A DNA stretch of 41,597 bases, from positions 1-41,597 of IMG/VR virus record IMGVR_UViG_3300037483_001330. One strand, written 5' to 3'. The notes beneath the pieces are model-generated. The model was given only the letters and a program-made list of their open reading frames with translations. It searched no databases and was not told the DNA's origin. Below are positions 7,416 through 16,075 of the stretch, piece after piece. The first letter of the stretch is position 1; each line of letters opens with the position of its first letter. Source of the stretch: a virus (taxonomy: Duplodnaviria; Caudoviricetes). The position numbers and the translations under genes are program-made.

Positions 7416-8516
7416 ATGGCAAATGTTAACAATTACGGTTTTATAGGTCTGGCAGACCTTTATAACCAGCGTATCTCCGGCGTCAATGGCGGTGTACAAC
7501 GGGTTTGGGATGCTATCCGTTTGAGTGTGGATGAGTACAACCGGGTAGCCGGTGCTGTTTTGGGCGAATTTGCGCAAACTACGGAAATGGCAATGGAGCA
7601 AATTGAACTGCCAGGAGACGGCACTTTGCAACCGTTGGATGACAACGGCAATCCTTTACCTGTATTACCGTCCGGTAATTACCAGGTAGCCTATCCTATT
7701 CAGGGCGCAGGTACTGCCTGGGGTGATGACCGGGTTTCCCGTGAACTTATGACCGTGGAAGAGGCTGACAGGTTTACTTCAGATTCTTTACGGCGTGACG
7801 CCAACTGGATTGTACGGCACGCATTGGCTGCAATTTTGACCAATACGACATGGACGTTCAACGATAAATCAGGCGGCGCCTTCGGTGTAAAAGGGCTTGG
7901 CGATATCACCATTCAGCCGTTGGCCAACAACGACACTGTCAAATATACCCGCAAGGGTATTGCAGTTTCTGCAATAGATGACCACTACCTGGCACAAGCC
8001 GCTGCTATTGCAGACGGAAGTAACCCGTTCCCGACCATCAAAGCGGAGCTGCATGAGCATCCGTCAAACATGAATTTGCCGATTGTGGCTTACGTAGCCT
8101 CTGATCTGGTAAGTTCTATCCAGGGATTGACCGAGTTCGTTGATAAAGACGATCCGGATATCCGTGCCGGAAATGCCAGCGACACATTAGCCGGAACCAT
8201 CTCTGCCGGACCGGGCGATACCGTTTTAGGCAAGACCAAAAGCGGTGTGTGGGTGGTAGAGTGGGGCGCTGTCCCGAGCGGTTATTTAGTTGCTAAGGTG
8301 CTTGGCCGCCAACCGTTGAAAATGCGCGAGTATCCGGCTCCTAACCTGAAAGGGCTGTTCCCGGAACGGGCCGACATTGACGGCAACCATATTGTGAAGC
8401 GCTTTATCCGCTATGCCGGATTTGGAACTGCTGACCGCGTAGCTGCTCTTGCTATGCGGATCGGAAATGCTGCATATGCAATCCCGACAGGTTACACCGC
8501 TCCGTTACCGGCGTAA
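7416..8516 (+). CDS. Major capsid protein
   Basis: 366 aa, strong SD AAGGAGG, follows scaffold and decoration genes, followed by a terminator. Confidence 0.78.
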   Translation: MANVNNYGFIGLADLYNQRISGVNGGVQRVWDAIRLSVDEYNRVAGAVLGEFAQTTEMAMEQIELPGDGTLQPLDDNGNPLPVLPSGNYQVAYPIQGAGTAWGDDRVSRELMTVEEADRFTSDSLRRDANWIVRHALAAILTNTTWTFNDKSGGAFGVKGLGDITIQPLANNDTVKYTRKGIAVSAIDDHYLAQAAAIADGSNPFPTIKAELHEHPSNMNLPIVAYVASDLVSSIQGLTEFVDKDDPDIRAGNASDTLAGTISAGPGDTVLGKTKSGVWVVEWGAVPSGYLVAKVLGRQPLKMREYPAPNLKGLFPERADIDGNHIVKRFIRYAGFGTADRVAALAMRIGNAAYAIPTGYTAPLPA

Positions 8517-8539
8517 TTTTCCAGTGAAGTGAAACAGAG

Positions 8540-8572
8540 AGGGCAGGTTTATAAACGGCCTGCCCTTTTTTT
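8540..8572 (+). terminator. Intrinsic terminator after the major capsid gene
   Basis: AGGGCAGG...CCTGCCCT followed by a T run. Confidence 0.8.
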
Positions 8573-8586
8573 CAAAGGAGTTATCC

Positions 8587-9003
8587 ATGAATATTCAAAT
8601 TTTGGCCGAACGAAACGCGAATGCGCTTTCAAAAATTGAAAAAACAGCGCCAATAGTTTGTAAAATGTTTGCGGTTGGTTATGAAATTCTGCCACGTCTG
8701 ACCGCGACCAGCAAGGACAAGGCGGTTGAAGCGATGCAGCGCATGGAAGCAGTAGGCGATTTGCTGGATGCTTTGGCAAGCGTTTCAGTGCCTCCCGGAA
8801 TTGATGGCGAGCCAAGTGATTCAATTCCTTTATTTTTGGAGCGTCCGGCAAAGGAACTGATTGCTACTATCCAAACATTGGATAGTGTGGCCGGAATGGA
8901 TCAAATGATTGTTGAAGAACTTGCCAATAAAAACCGCAAAACTGTTGTAAAAGCGCTGGAAGACCGGATCTCAGAACTAACTAACGAGGTTGTGGGAGGC
9001 TGA
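8587..9003 (+). CDS. Hypothetical head-module protein with small helical C-terminal domain
   Basis: SD AAGGAG; C-terminal ELANKNRKTVVKALEDRI; follows MCP. Confidence 0.6.
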   Translation: MNIQILAERNANALSKIEKTAPIVCKMFAVGYEILPRLTATSKDKAVEAMQRMEAVGDLLDALASVSVPPGIDGEPSDSIPLFLERPAKELIATIQTLDSVAGMDQMIVEELANKNRKTVVKALEDRISELTNEVVGG

Positions 9004-9007
9004 CATT

Positions 9008-9439
9008 ATGCCTGTGCCAACCTCGTACACGGAACTGGGGCTTGCCCAATACATGCATGATCAGCTTGGTGGGATTGCCGATGTTTTAGGCATTTCCAGA
9101 CCGGTCAGTTTTGCGGATTCGTACCAGGAAGTTGTCAATGAAGTGCTTTTAGAACTGGGAGTTGCAGACATTTCAGCAGTGACCGACATGCGCAAGCTGC
9201 GCGTGTTAGCCAGGTTATATGTTTGGAAAAAAGCAGCAGCCAGCCTTTCTTCAAAATATGATTTTTCAACCGATGGAGAATCTTATCACCGCAGCCAGAT
9301 GCACCAACAAGCGCTGAAAGCGGTTGAAGACATTATGTCTGAGTGCCTGGCATTGGGCCTTTACGGATACTCTGTGGAATTCCAGGAACTGGATTTCAGA
9401 AACGATCCGTATTGGTATCCGAAAAACTTGGAGGTGTAA
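9008..9439 (+). CDS. Head-tail adaptor/connector
   Basis: ATG at 9008 with SD GGAGG (preferred to 8990); YDFSTDGESYHRSQ motif; synteny. Confidence 0.65.
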   Translation: MPVPTSYTELGLAQYMHDQLGGIADVLGISRPVSFADSYQEVVNEVLLELGVADISAVTDMRKLRVLARLYVWKKAAASLSSKYDFSTDGESYHRSQMHQQALKAVEDIMSECLALGLYGYSVEFQELDFRNDPYWYPKNLEV

Positions 9440-9796
9440 ATGATTAATGCGTCAGAGTTGAACGAAATCAAAAACGCACGTGAAGAAAACATGCCTGAGA
9501 CAGTTTATGTTCAGAAAAGGGTTTCAGTTTCTAACGGAGCTGGCGGATTTTCTGAAAGTTTTGTCACGGAGAGCACTGTTGATGGTCGTATCGGACAGTT
9601 AGGCAAAACACCTGAAGAAAAGGAAATTGCTTCCCGTATTACTTCTGTGAGCGGGTATACCGTTGTACTTCCTTCCGATACTGTGGTTGATGAAACTTAT
9701 CAACTGCAGATTAATGGCCGTCAATTCGAAATCAAGGGTGTTATCCGGAAAAGCCGGACCACCGCTTTGCGCGTGGTTTGTATCGAGTTGAAATGA
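9440..9796 (+). CDS. Head-closure (SPP1 gp16-like) protein
   Basis: SNGAGGFSESF...LQINGRQFEIKGV...LRVVC; synteny. Confidence 0.75.
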   Translation: MINASELNEIKNAREENMPETVYVQKRVSVSNGAGGFSESFVTESTVDGRIGQLGKTPEEKEIASRITSVSGYTVVLPSDTVVDETYQLQINGRQFEIKGVIRKSRTTALRVVCIELK

Positions 9797-10299
9797 GCGA
9801 TTTGTTTACTGTACGCGTCACTATCCGAGACAATCGCATCCCTGAGCTGATAAAAAGATTACCTGAGGAGGTGGACCAGGTGGTACAGAAAACAGCGCTG
9901 GACATTTTGGGTGATGCCAGACAATCCATGAGTGGGGAGAAACATGGACGTACGTATTCGGTCAAAGCCATTTTTGCCAAAGCAAGCGGTAAAAAAGGTA
10001 AGGCGATGATTAGTTCCGGCAGCCGGTCCAGGAACGGAAAAGTGGTAACCGGTTACAAAACGAGGCGCGCCTCCGCACCAGGTGAAGCTCCGGCAATGGA
10101 TACGGGACACCTTGCGAACTCTATTCAAAAAATCAAAACACAGATGGGTGGTGCCATTGTTGCAGTAGGCGCTGATTATGGTGTGCCGTTAGAAATTGGC
10201 AGCCGTAAAATGGCGGCTCGTCCATTTATGAAACCAGCCGCAGAACGTGCCTGGACTGGATTTTTAGCAGCCTTGATTCAGATGTGGGATCGATTATGA
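9793..10299 (+). CDS. HK97 gp10-like tail-completion/neck protein
   Basis: ASAPGEAPAMDTGHLANSI, YGVPLEIGSRKMAARPFMKPA; ATG 9793 overlaps the upstream TGA. Confidence 0.8.
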   Translation: MSDLFTVRVTIRDNRIPELIKRLPEEVDQVVQKTALDILGDARQSMSGEKHGRTYSVKAIFAKASGKKGKAMISSGSRSRNGKVVTGYKTRRASAPGEAPAMDTGHLANSIQKIKTQMGGAIVAVGADYGVPLEIGSRKMAARPFMKPAAERAWTGFLAALIQMWDRL

Positions 10300-10691
10300 C
10301 AATTTTAACAGCTGATAAATGGTTAGATACCACGCTAAAAGCAGATGCAACTTTGCAAACTTTGGTGGATGACCGAATTTATGAAGAGGTTGCTCCGGAA
10401 CAATCGTTATTTCCCTGTATAGTGTTTCAGTTCGTTTCAGGGCTAGATGTAAAAAATGCGTCGGTTGATCCTGTAATGGTGGACGAAGTATGGATCGTAA
10501 AAGCGATTGGTCAAGGCAATGATTTTTTAGCAATTGAGCCGATTGTTACTCAAATCGGGCAAATTTTGCACAAAACGTTTGGAACAGGCGTGATTGGCTG
10601 CGTACAAGAAGAACCGTTCCGCTACACAGAGTTTGATAATGGCGTCATTTACAAACATTTAGGTTATTACTACAGACTGTTTACTCAGTAA
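10296..10691 (+). CDS. Tail terminator (SPP1 gp17-like)
   Basis: LKADATLQTLVDDRIYEEVAPEQSLFPCIVF; directly precedes the tail tube; ATGA overlap. Confidence 0.75.
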   Translation: MTILTADKWLDTTLKADATLQTLVDDRIYEEVAPEQSLFPCIVFQFVSGLDVKNASVDPVMVDEVWIVKAIGQGNDFLAIEPIVTQIGQILHKTFGTGVIGCVQEEPFRYTEFDNGVIYKHLGYYYRLFTQ

Positions 10692-10703
10692 AGGAGTTTA
10701 TTA

Positions 10704-11678
10704 ATGAGCGAAAAAGCTTCAATTTTTCAAGGAATCCAGCTAGGGATCGAGACAGTTCCGTTGACCCCGGTAGCTGCTAATAAAAAATTACTGGCATGTT
10801 CGGTAGTTCCGTCCGTGTCGGTTGATGTTTCGTCTTTTGTTGCGCAAGGCAATAAATATGCATCTTTTGTCTCGCTTAATAAGGACTGGTCGGTGGTGGA
10901 TATTGCCGGATTATTGACCTACAACGAGATTTTGTATTTGCTTATTTCCTTACTTTCACAACCTGCACCGGTGCAACAAGGCGCAACCACTGCCTACAAG
11001 TGGACATTCGTAAGCGATACGGATGGGGAAGATGCCGGGAAGCATTTCACCGTTGAACAGGGCGATGTAAACAGTGCCTGGCGCGTACCTGGTGTACGTG
11101 TTGCCGGATTATCTCTGATGTTCAACCGTAACGAAGTCTCCATTTCCGGTACCGGATTGGGCGGAATTATGGAAACCGATATCACACTGACCGCTGCCCC
11201 GACCAGCCTTACCCCATTACCAACGTTACCCACCCAATTGAAATTTTACATAGCGGATACACAGGCCGGATTAGACGGTGCAGGCGCGATGACCAGAGGT
11301 TTTTCGTTTACTTTTGGTTTGTCCGACAAAATTGGACTGGCCTGGCCGGTGGGTGTTGCCAACCCGGTTATTACGGAACAAAAACCAAAGCTCGAGCACA
11401 AATTATTACTGGCCACGGACGCCGTTGGCATGGGATTGCTTGCAACCATGAGGGCAGGAGCTACCAAATGGATCCGTGTAAAAGCGGAGGGCGCAACGAT
11501 TGAAAGTACCTATAAACAAACCTTCCAGGTAGACGTACCGGGGCAGATCGCCAATGTTGGAAAATTTACCGACCATAACGGCATTTATGCAATGGAATAT
11601 ACCCTGACGGGTGTCCATGATGACACCTGGGGAAAATCGTTCCAGATAGACGTAACCACTGACGTTCAAACCCTATAA
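10704..11678 (+). CDS. Major tail tube protein
   Basis: 324 aa, beta-rich; QLGIETVPLTPVAA, YKWTF, FTVEQG; between terminator and chaperones. Confidence 0.78.
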   Translation: MSEKASIFQGIQLGIETVPLTPVAANKKLLACSVVPSVSVDVSSFVAQGNKYASFVSLNKDWSVVDIAGLLTYNEILYLLISLLSQPAPVQQGATTAYKWTFVSDTDGEDAGKHFTVEQGDVNSAWRVPGVRVAGLSLMFNRNEVSISGTGLGGIMETDITLTAAPTSLTPLPTLPTQLKFYIADTQAGLDGAGAMTRGFSFTFGLSDKIGLAWPVGVANPVITEQKPKLEHKLLLATDAVGMGLLATMRAGATKWIRVKAEGATIESTYKQTFQVDVPGQIANVGKFTDHNGIYAMEYTLTGVHDDTWGKSFQIDVTTDVQTL

Positions 11679-11688
11679 GGATCCGAAT

Positions 11689-11994
11689 ATGCCAATCAAA
11701 CTTTCAGACATCCAGAAAAAGACCAAATCACTCAGCATTTCGTTTCAAGGCGAAACTCTCAAATTTGATTATTTGATCAATGTGGTCACCCCGGCGTTTC
11801 TAAACGAAAAACTTGATCTAAAAAATCAGTTGGTGCAATCGATTGCCAAATGGGATTTGGAAACAGATGACGGAAAAACAGCAGAGATCAGTGTTGAAAC
11901 TTTTGACCAGTTACCTGTCCAGTTTCAGATCGAATTAATGACGGCCATTACTGAAGACATGAAAGTTGTGAGCACCGACGAAAAAAACGATTGA
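11689..11994 (+). CDS. Tail assembly chaperone (gpG-like)
   Basis: Between tube and tape measure; IAKWDL motif; ends at the slippery A AAA AAC. Confidence 0.75.
   Translation: MPIKLSDIQKKTKSLSISFQGETLKFDYLINVVTPAFLNEKLDLKNQLVQSIAKWDLETDDGKTAEISVETFDQLPVQFQIELMTAITEDMKVVSTDEKND
11982..11988 (+). other. Programmed -1 ribosomal frameshift site (A AAA AAC)
   Basis: In-phase X XXY YYZ heptamer just before the gpG stop; the -1 frame reads RLTRWITAP... to 12203. Confidence 0.75.
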
Positions 11995-12203
11995 CGCGCT
12001 GGATAACAGCGCCTGAACTGTTTGATCCTCCTGCTGCGGAAACCATTCAGTGGCTTAACCTGAGCAGAATTGCAAAAATTTATAGTGTTGGTCCGTGGGA
12101 ATTGGCAAACGTGCCCAATTTCTGGCTATCTCTGGGTGAACTGGATATTGATTGGCAAAACGCCATGTCAGAAAAAATGCACAGAAAATACGGAGGCCGG
12201 TAA
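11991..12203 (+). CDS. Tail chaperone gpT part (expressed as gpGT fusion)
   Basis: Lies in the -1 frame relative to gpG, has only a TTG start without clear SD, and abuts the tape measure ATG. Confidence 0.7.
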   Translation: MTRWITAPELFDPPAAETIQWLNLSRIAKIYSVGPWELANVPNFWLSLGELDIDWQNAMSEKMHRKYGGR

Positions 12204-14735
12204 ATGGGGATTAGTTTAGGAAAAATTGCAAGTTTATTTGTAGAAATCGGCGCTAATTCGGACGCTGCCAGAGCTGAATTATCCAGGATCGGAAATGATC
12301 TAAATTCGTACGGAAACAATTTGGCACGAACCGGGGCCGTAATGACAGCCGGTATCTCTGTTCCGTTAGTGCTGCTGGGTAAAAGCGCTGTTAATCTGTC
12401 CAGAGATTATCAGGAGCAGATGAATATTTTAGGCACCGTTTCCAAAGCTTCCGGGGAAGAGATGAAAGGTTTGGGTGCCTTAGCGCAGTCGCTTGGTGCT
12501 GATCTTACACTGCCTGCAACCTCTGCCGCGGATGCGGCTGAGGCAATGGTTGAGCTGGGGAAAGCGGGTTTATCGGTCACTGATATTTATGGAGCGGCCA
12601 GAGGCGTATTGGAGTTATCCGCAGCAGGTAACCTTTCCAACGCGGCCGCTGCTGAAATTGCATCGAATGCTTTGAACGCGTTCAAACTTTCCGGGGATCA
12701 GGCTGTACGAGTAGCTGATCTTTTGGCTGCTGCGGCCAACTCTTCTTCGGCGGAAGTCAACGATATGGCTGATTCATTCAAAATGTCGGCTGCGGTTGCC
12801 AGCAGTGCCAATATCCCGATTGAAGACCTGGCCACCGCAATGGCATTAATGGCCAATCAGGGAATAAAAGGTTCCGATGCCGGTACTTCCTGGAAGCAAA
12901 TGATTTTGAGTATTCAAGCCCCGACCGATAAAGCAAAAGCGTTGATGCAGGATTTGGGCATTGCCATTTACGACGCTAACGGATCGATGCTGGAACAGAG
13001 AGAAATTATTGGTAATTTCACCGAAAAACTGGGTGTCATGAGCGATGAACAGCGCAACGCAGCGCTGGCCACCATTTTTGGCAGTGATGCTGTAAGAGCT
13101 GCGAACATCGTTTTGATGAGCGGGACAGATGCCTGGGATGATATGGCTGTCAAAGTGGGCGAATTGGGCGCAGCCGGAGAACTGGCCAGTGCCCGTTTGA
13201 AAGGCTTGCCTGGCTCTTTGGACAGAATGAAAAGTTCAATCGAGACGGCTCAATTAGCACTGGGTAATGCAGCCTCCGGACCGATTTCCGATTTAGCAGA
13301 TATTGTTACGAACCTGGCAAACAGCTTTGCAGATCTGAACCCTGAAACACAGGAGACGATTGTAAAAATTGGGTTAGTGGCGATTGCGGCCGGCCCAACT
13401 TTAACAGTGTTAGGCGGCGTTCTAAAAGTGGCGGGTGGATTGTATACGGCTTTTGGTGCTGCCGGTGCCGGTTTGGCCACCTGGCGTGCCGGCATGACGC
13501 TGACTACCTCACTGGGAGCAGCCGGGTTGTCCTCACTCACAATAGGGTTAGGTGCTGTTGGATTAGCGGTTGCCAGCGTTGTAGGTGTTTGGGTAGCATG
13601 GAATAAAAACATCCGGGACACAAATCAGGCCGGAAAAGAAGCTATTGATTCTACCTGGAGCGATTTTTTTGCAAAACAGGTAGAGGACGGAAAATCTGCT
13701 GTTGAAATTGCCGATGCGTACACAGCAGCACAGCAACGTATGCGTGAACAAATGACAATGCAGGCAACAACTGACGCATCCGGAGGGATCGGGTTCAAAT
13801 TTGAAGAAATTGCGAAATTATTCATTTTAAACAAAGATAATTTAGTAAACGCCTCTGAACAGGCATCTCAAGCTATTTTGGCAGCCAGTGATTCTTATGT
13901 TGAGTACGCCAATGCGATGCTGGATGCCGGACTAACCCAACAGCAGGTTACCATGCAGCAGTGGGAGGCGTATCAGGCCACAAAAAACACGGCTGGCGGG
14001 GTAGATGCACTGAGCGGATCGTATGAAAATTACTCCAAGATGATGGATGATCTCGATCTTAGCCAATCAAAAATGACCGAAGAAATGTTTAATACGGTTG
14101 CCGGTATTGAAGCGGTTGTTGGAGAAACCGGCGGATTGGAAACAGTGTTAGGAAATGTAAATACCTTGATGTCTGAATATACAACCGAACTATTGTTCAA
14201 TCAGGCAGCGGCCGGTTTGGATGCTGAAGCTTCTATCGCGTTGGCTACAAAGATGGGGCTGATTGACGAAGCCACACTTTCCGCCATGACGAAACTGGAA
14301 GATTTGCGGAATCAGATGGATGACAACACACTTTCATCCGATGGATATTACGCTAGTGTTGACACGTTGAACGATATTATTGCAGAAATGCAGTCAAAAA
14401 ATATCGATATCACAGTCAACCATATCGATACCTATACAAAAATCTATTATGAGACGAGAGAAGATCTTAACCGTGCAAACACCGGTGGTGACAACAGCCC
14501 GGGCGGTGTGCAACAAGCCAACGGTGGTGACTGGTTGGTAAAAGAACCGACTTGGTTTTTAGCCGGTGAAGCCGGCTGGGAAAGAGCGACGTTTGAACCG
14601 ATTGGAAAGGGTTCGCGTTCCTCTTCCGGAGACACGCCATCTATCCAGTTCAATATTGGCAGTGTGCGAAAAGATGGTGACATTTTCAAATTGGCCCAAC
14701 AGGTCGCTGAGGTTATCCGGAGGGAGCGGTTATGA
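12204..14735 (+). CDS. Tail tape measure protein (TP901-type core)
   Basis: 843 aa, Ala-rich; SAADAAEAMVELGKAG, GIKGSDAGTS, ALATIFGSDAVRAA; C-terminal ANGG...LAGEAGWE. Confidence 0.92.
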   Translation: MGISLGKIASLFVEIGANSDAARAELSRIGNDLNSYGNNLARTGAVMTAGISVPLVLLGKSAVNLSRDYQEQMNILGTVSKASGEEMKGLGALAQSLGADLTLPATSAADAAEAMVELGKAGLSVTDIYGAARGVLELSAAGNLSNAAAAEIASNALNAFKLSGDQAVRVADLLAAAANSSSAEVNDMADSFKMSAAVASSANIPIEDLATAMALMANQGIKGSDAGTSWKQMILSIQAPTDKAKALMQDLGIAIYDANGSMLEQREIIGNFTEKLGVMSDEQRNAALATIFGSDAVRAANIVLMSGTDAWDDMAVKVGELGAAGELASARLKGLPGSLDRMKSSIETAQLALGNAASGPISDLADIVTNLANSFADLNPETQETIVKIGLVAIAAGPTLTVLGGVLKVAGGLYTAFGAAGAGLATWRAGMTLTTSLGAAGLSSLTIGLGAVGLAVASVVGVWVAWNKNIRDTNQAGKEAIDSTWSDFFAKQVEDGKSAVEIADAYTAAQQRMREQMTMQATTDASGGIGFKFEEIAKLFILNKDNLVNASEQASQAILAASDSYVEYANAMLDAGLTQQQVTMQQWEAYQATKNTAGGVDALSGSYENYSKMMDDLDLSQSKMTEEMFNTVAGIEAVVGETGGLETVLGNVNTLMSEYTTELLFNQAAAGLDAEASIALATKMGLIDEATLSAMTKLEDLRNQMDDNTLSSDGYYASVDTLNDIIAEMQSKNIDITVNHIDTYTKIYYETREDLNRANTGGDNSPGGVQQANGGDWLVKEPTWFLAGEAGWERATFEPIGKGSRSSSGDTPSIQFNIGSVRKDGDIFKLAQQVAEVIRRERL

Positions 14736-16075
14736 TCGGGTTACGATTTACAGACGGCACAACCACAGTGACAGTCAGCAATTTGACTGATGGTATTTTG
14801 ACCGGTTATCAATCCGGAAATGAAAACCCGATCTCTGCTGAAACCAGCGAATTAGCCTATGTTGTTTTGCGCGGTACGCTTTCTGCAAAAATTGCAAACA
14901 TTAACCTTTTAAACGGATTTTTTTTGAAGGCGAGGGAGCGGCAAGAAAAACAATTTTTAAGCGCTGTTTATGTAGAACGGGATATTGGCGATGGTGTGTG
15001 GTGGCGTTCCGAACTAATAGACGGTTTGGTAATGCTGAGTTCTGACGGGTTAGATGCGATTGGACGGTCTCCTGAAATTTCTGTTTCGTTTACCAGAAAA
15101 AATTATTGGGAGGGAGCCGAGGCGCAGATCCCGCTGAGCAACGGCAATGGCACCGACAATATTACCGGTTTACCCGTTTTTAATTGCAACGATGGGTCAG
15201 GCACAGCACCTGCCAAAAATAATAATTATGTCCAAATTGCTGCCGACATTATTGGCGGGGATTTATTCGCACCTATCAGGTTGGAAATGGTCAACGCGTT
15301 GAACTCGGCTTCACGCCTATATTCGGTGTGGATTGCGCACAACTCGGAAGCGGACCCGGCCAATTTTCAAAACGTGATTGAAGGGGAGAGTGTTGCGGCA
15401 GGTGGCAGTGACGTTATTGGCAGCGGTTACAGCGGTGGAAAATACCGGACAATTAGCTGGACAGGGGATAACCAGGTGTTGATTGCCAGGTGGACCCTAG
15501 ACACCGCTTATCTGAACCGTTCGGCCTCCAACTGGTTCAAGGTCCTATCTGCTTTTGCGGCAGGTCCTTCTTCCAACACCAGGTTGCAATTAAAAATCAG
15601 ATGGCCGGCCAGTGCTTATTTGACCGAAATTGGAAGTTCGCAGGAAGTGGCATTGGATACGACAAAACTGCAGGATATCGGGACGCTGCAATTACCGCCC
15701 TGGTTGGCTGGAGCTGGTGATCAAACCGACATCGCGTTATGTTTGTATGCCAGGAGGATAGGCGGGGGAACCGTAAATATTGATTATTTGCATATATCCC
15801 CGTTGGACAGTTACCGAATCCTAAAACCGCAAGGTTACGGGGCGGCTTACACGGTGCGGATCGTGGATGATGGAATCAATGAGTTGTTGTACACCGATGG
15901 CTGGACACCGGCGGGCAAAACCGGTCATTATGTTGGTATTGGCAGCCCGTTGTTACTCAAACCCAACAAACTGCAAAGAATCTATTTTTTGCAAAACGGT
16001 GACACCGGTGATATTTCGATTACCAGGACCTTGACCATAAAAGCTTTTTACCGGCCGCGGAGAGCGACTTTATGA
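14732..16075 (+). CDS. Distal tail (Dit-like) protein, probably with inserted beta-sandwich domain
   Basis: Immediately after TMP with ATGA overlap; FTRKNYWEG and C-terminal LLLKPN...FYRPR. Confidence 0.6.
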   Translation: MIGLRFTDGTTTVTVSNLTDGILTGYQSGNENPISAETSELAYVVLRGTLSAKIANINLLNGFFLKARERQEKQFLSAVYVERDIGDGVWWRSELIDGLVMLSSDGLDAIGRSPEISVSFTRKNYWEGAEAQIPLSNGNGTDNITGLPVFNCNDGSGTAPAKNNNYVQIAADIIGGDLFAPIRLEMVNALNSASRLYSVWIAHNSEADPANFQNVIEGESVAAGGSDVIGSGYSGGKYRTISWTGDNQVLIARWTLDTAYLNRSASNWFKVLSAFAAGPSSNTRLQLKIRWPASAYLTEIGSSQEVALDTTKLQDIGTLQLPPWLAGAGDQTDIALCLYARRIGGGTVNIDYLHISPLDSYRILKPQGYGAAYTVRIVDDGINELLYTDGWTPAGKTGHYVGIGSPLLLKPNKLQRIYFLQNGDTGDISITRTLTIKAFYRPRRATL

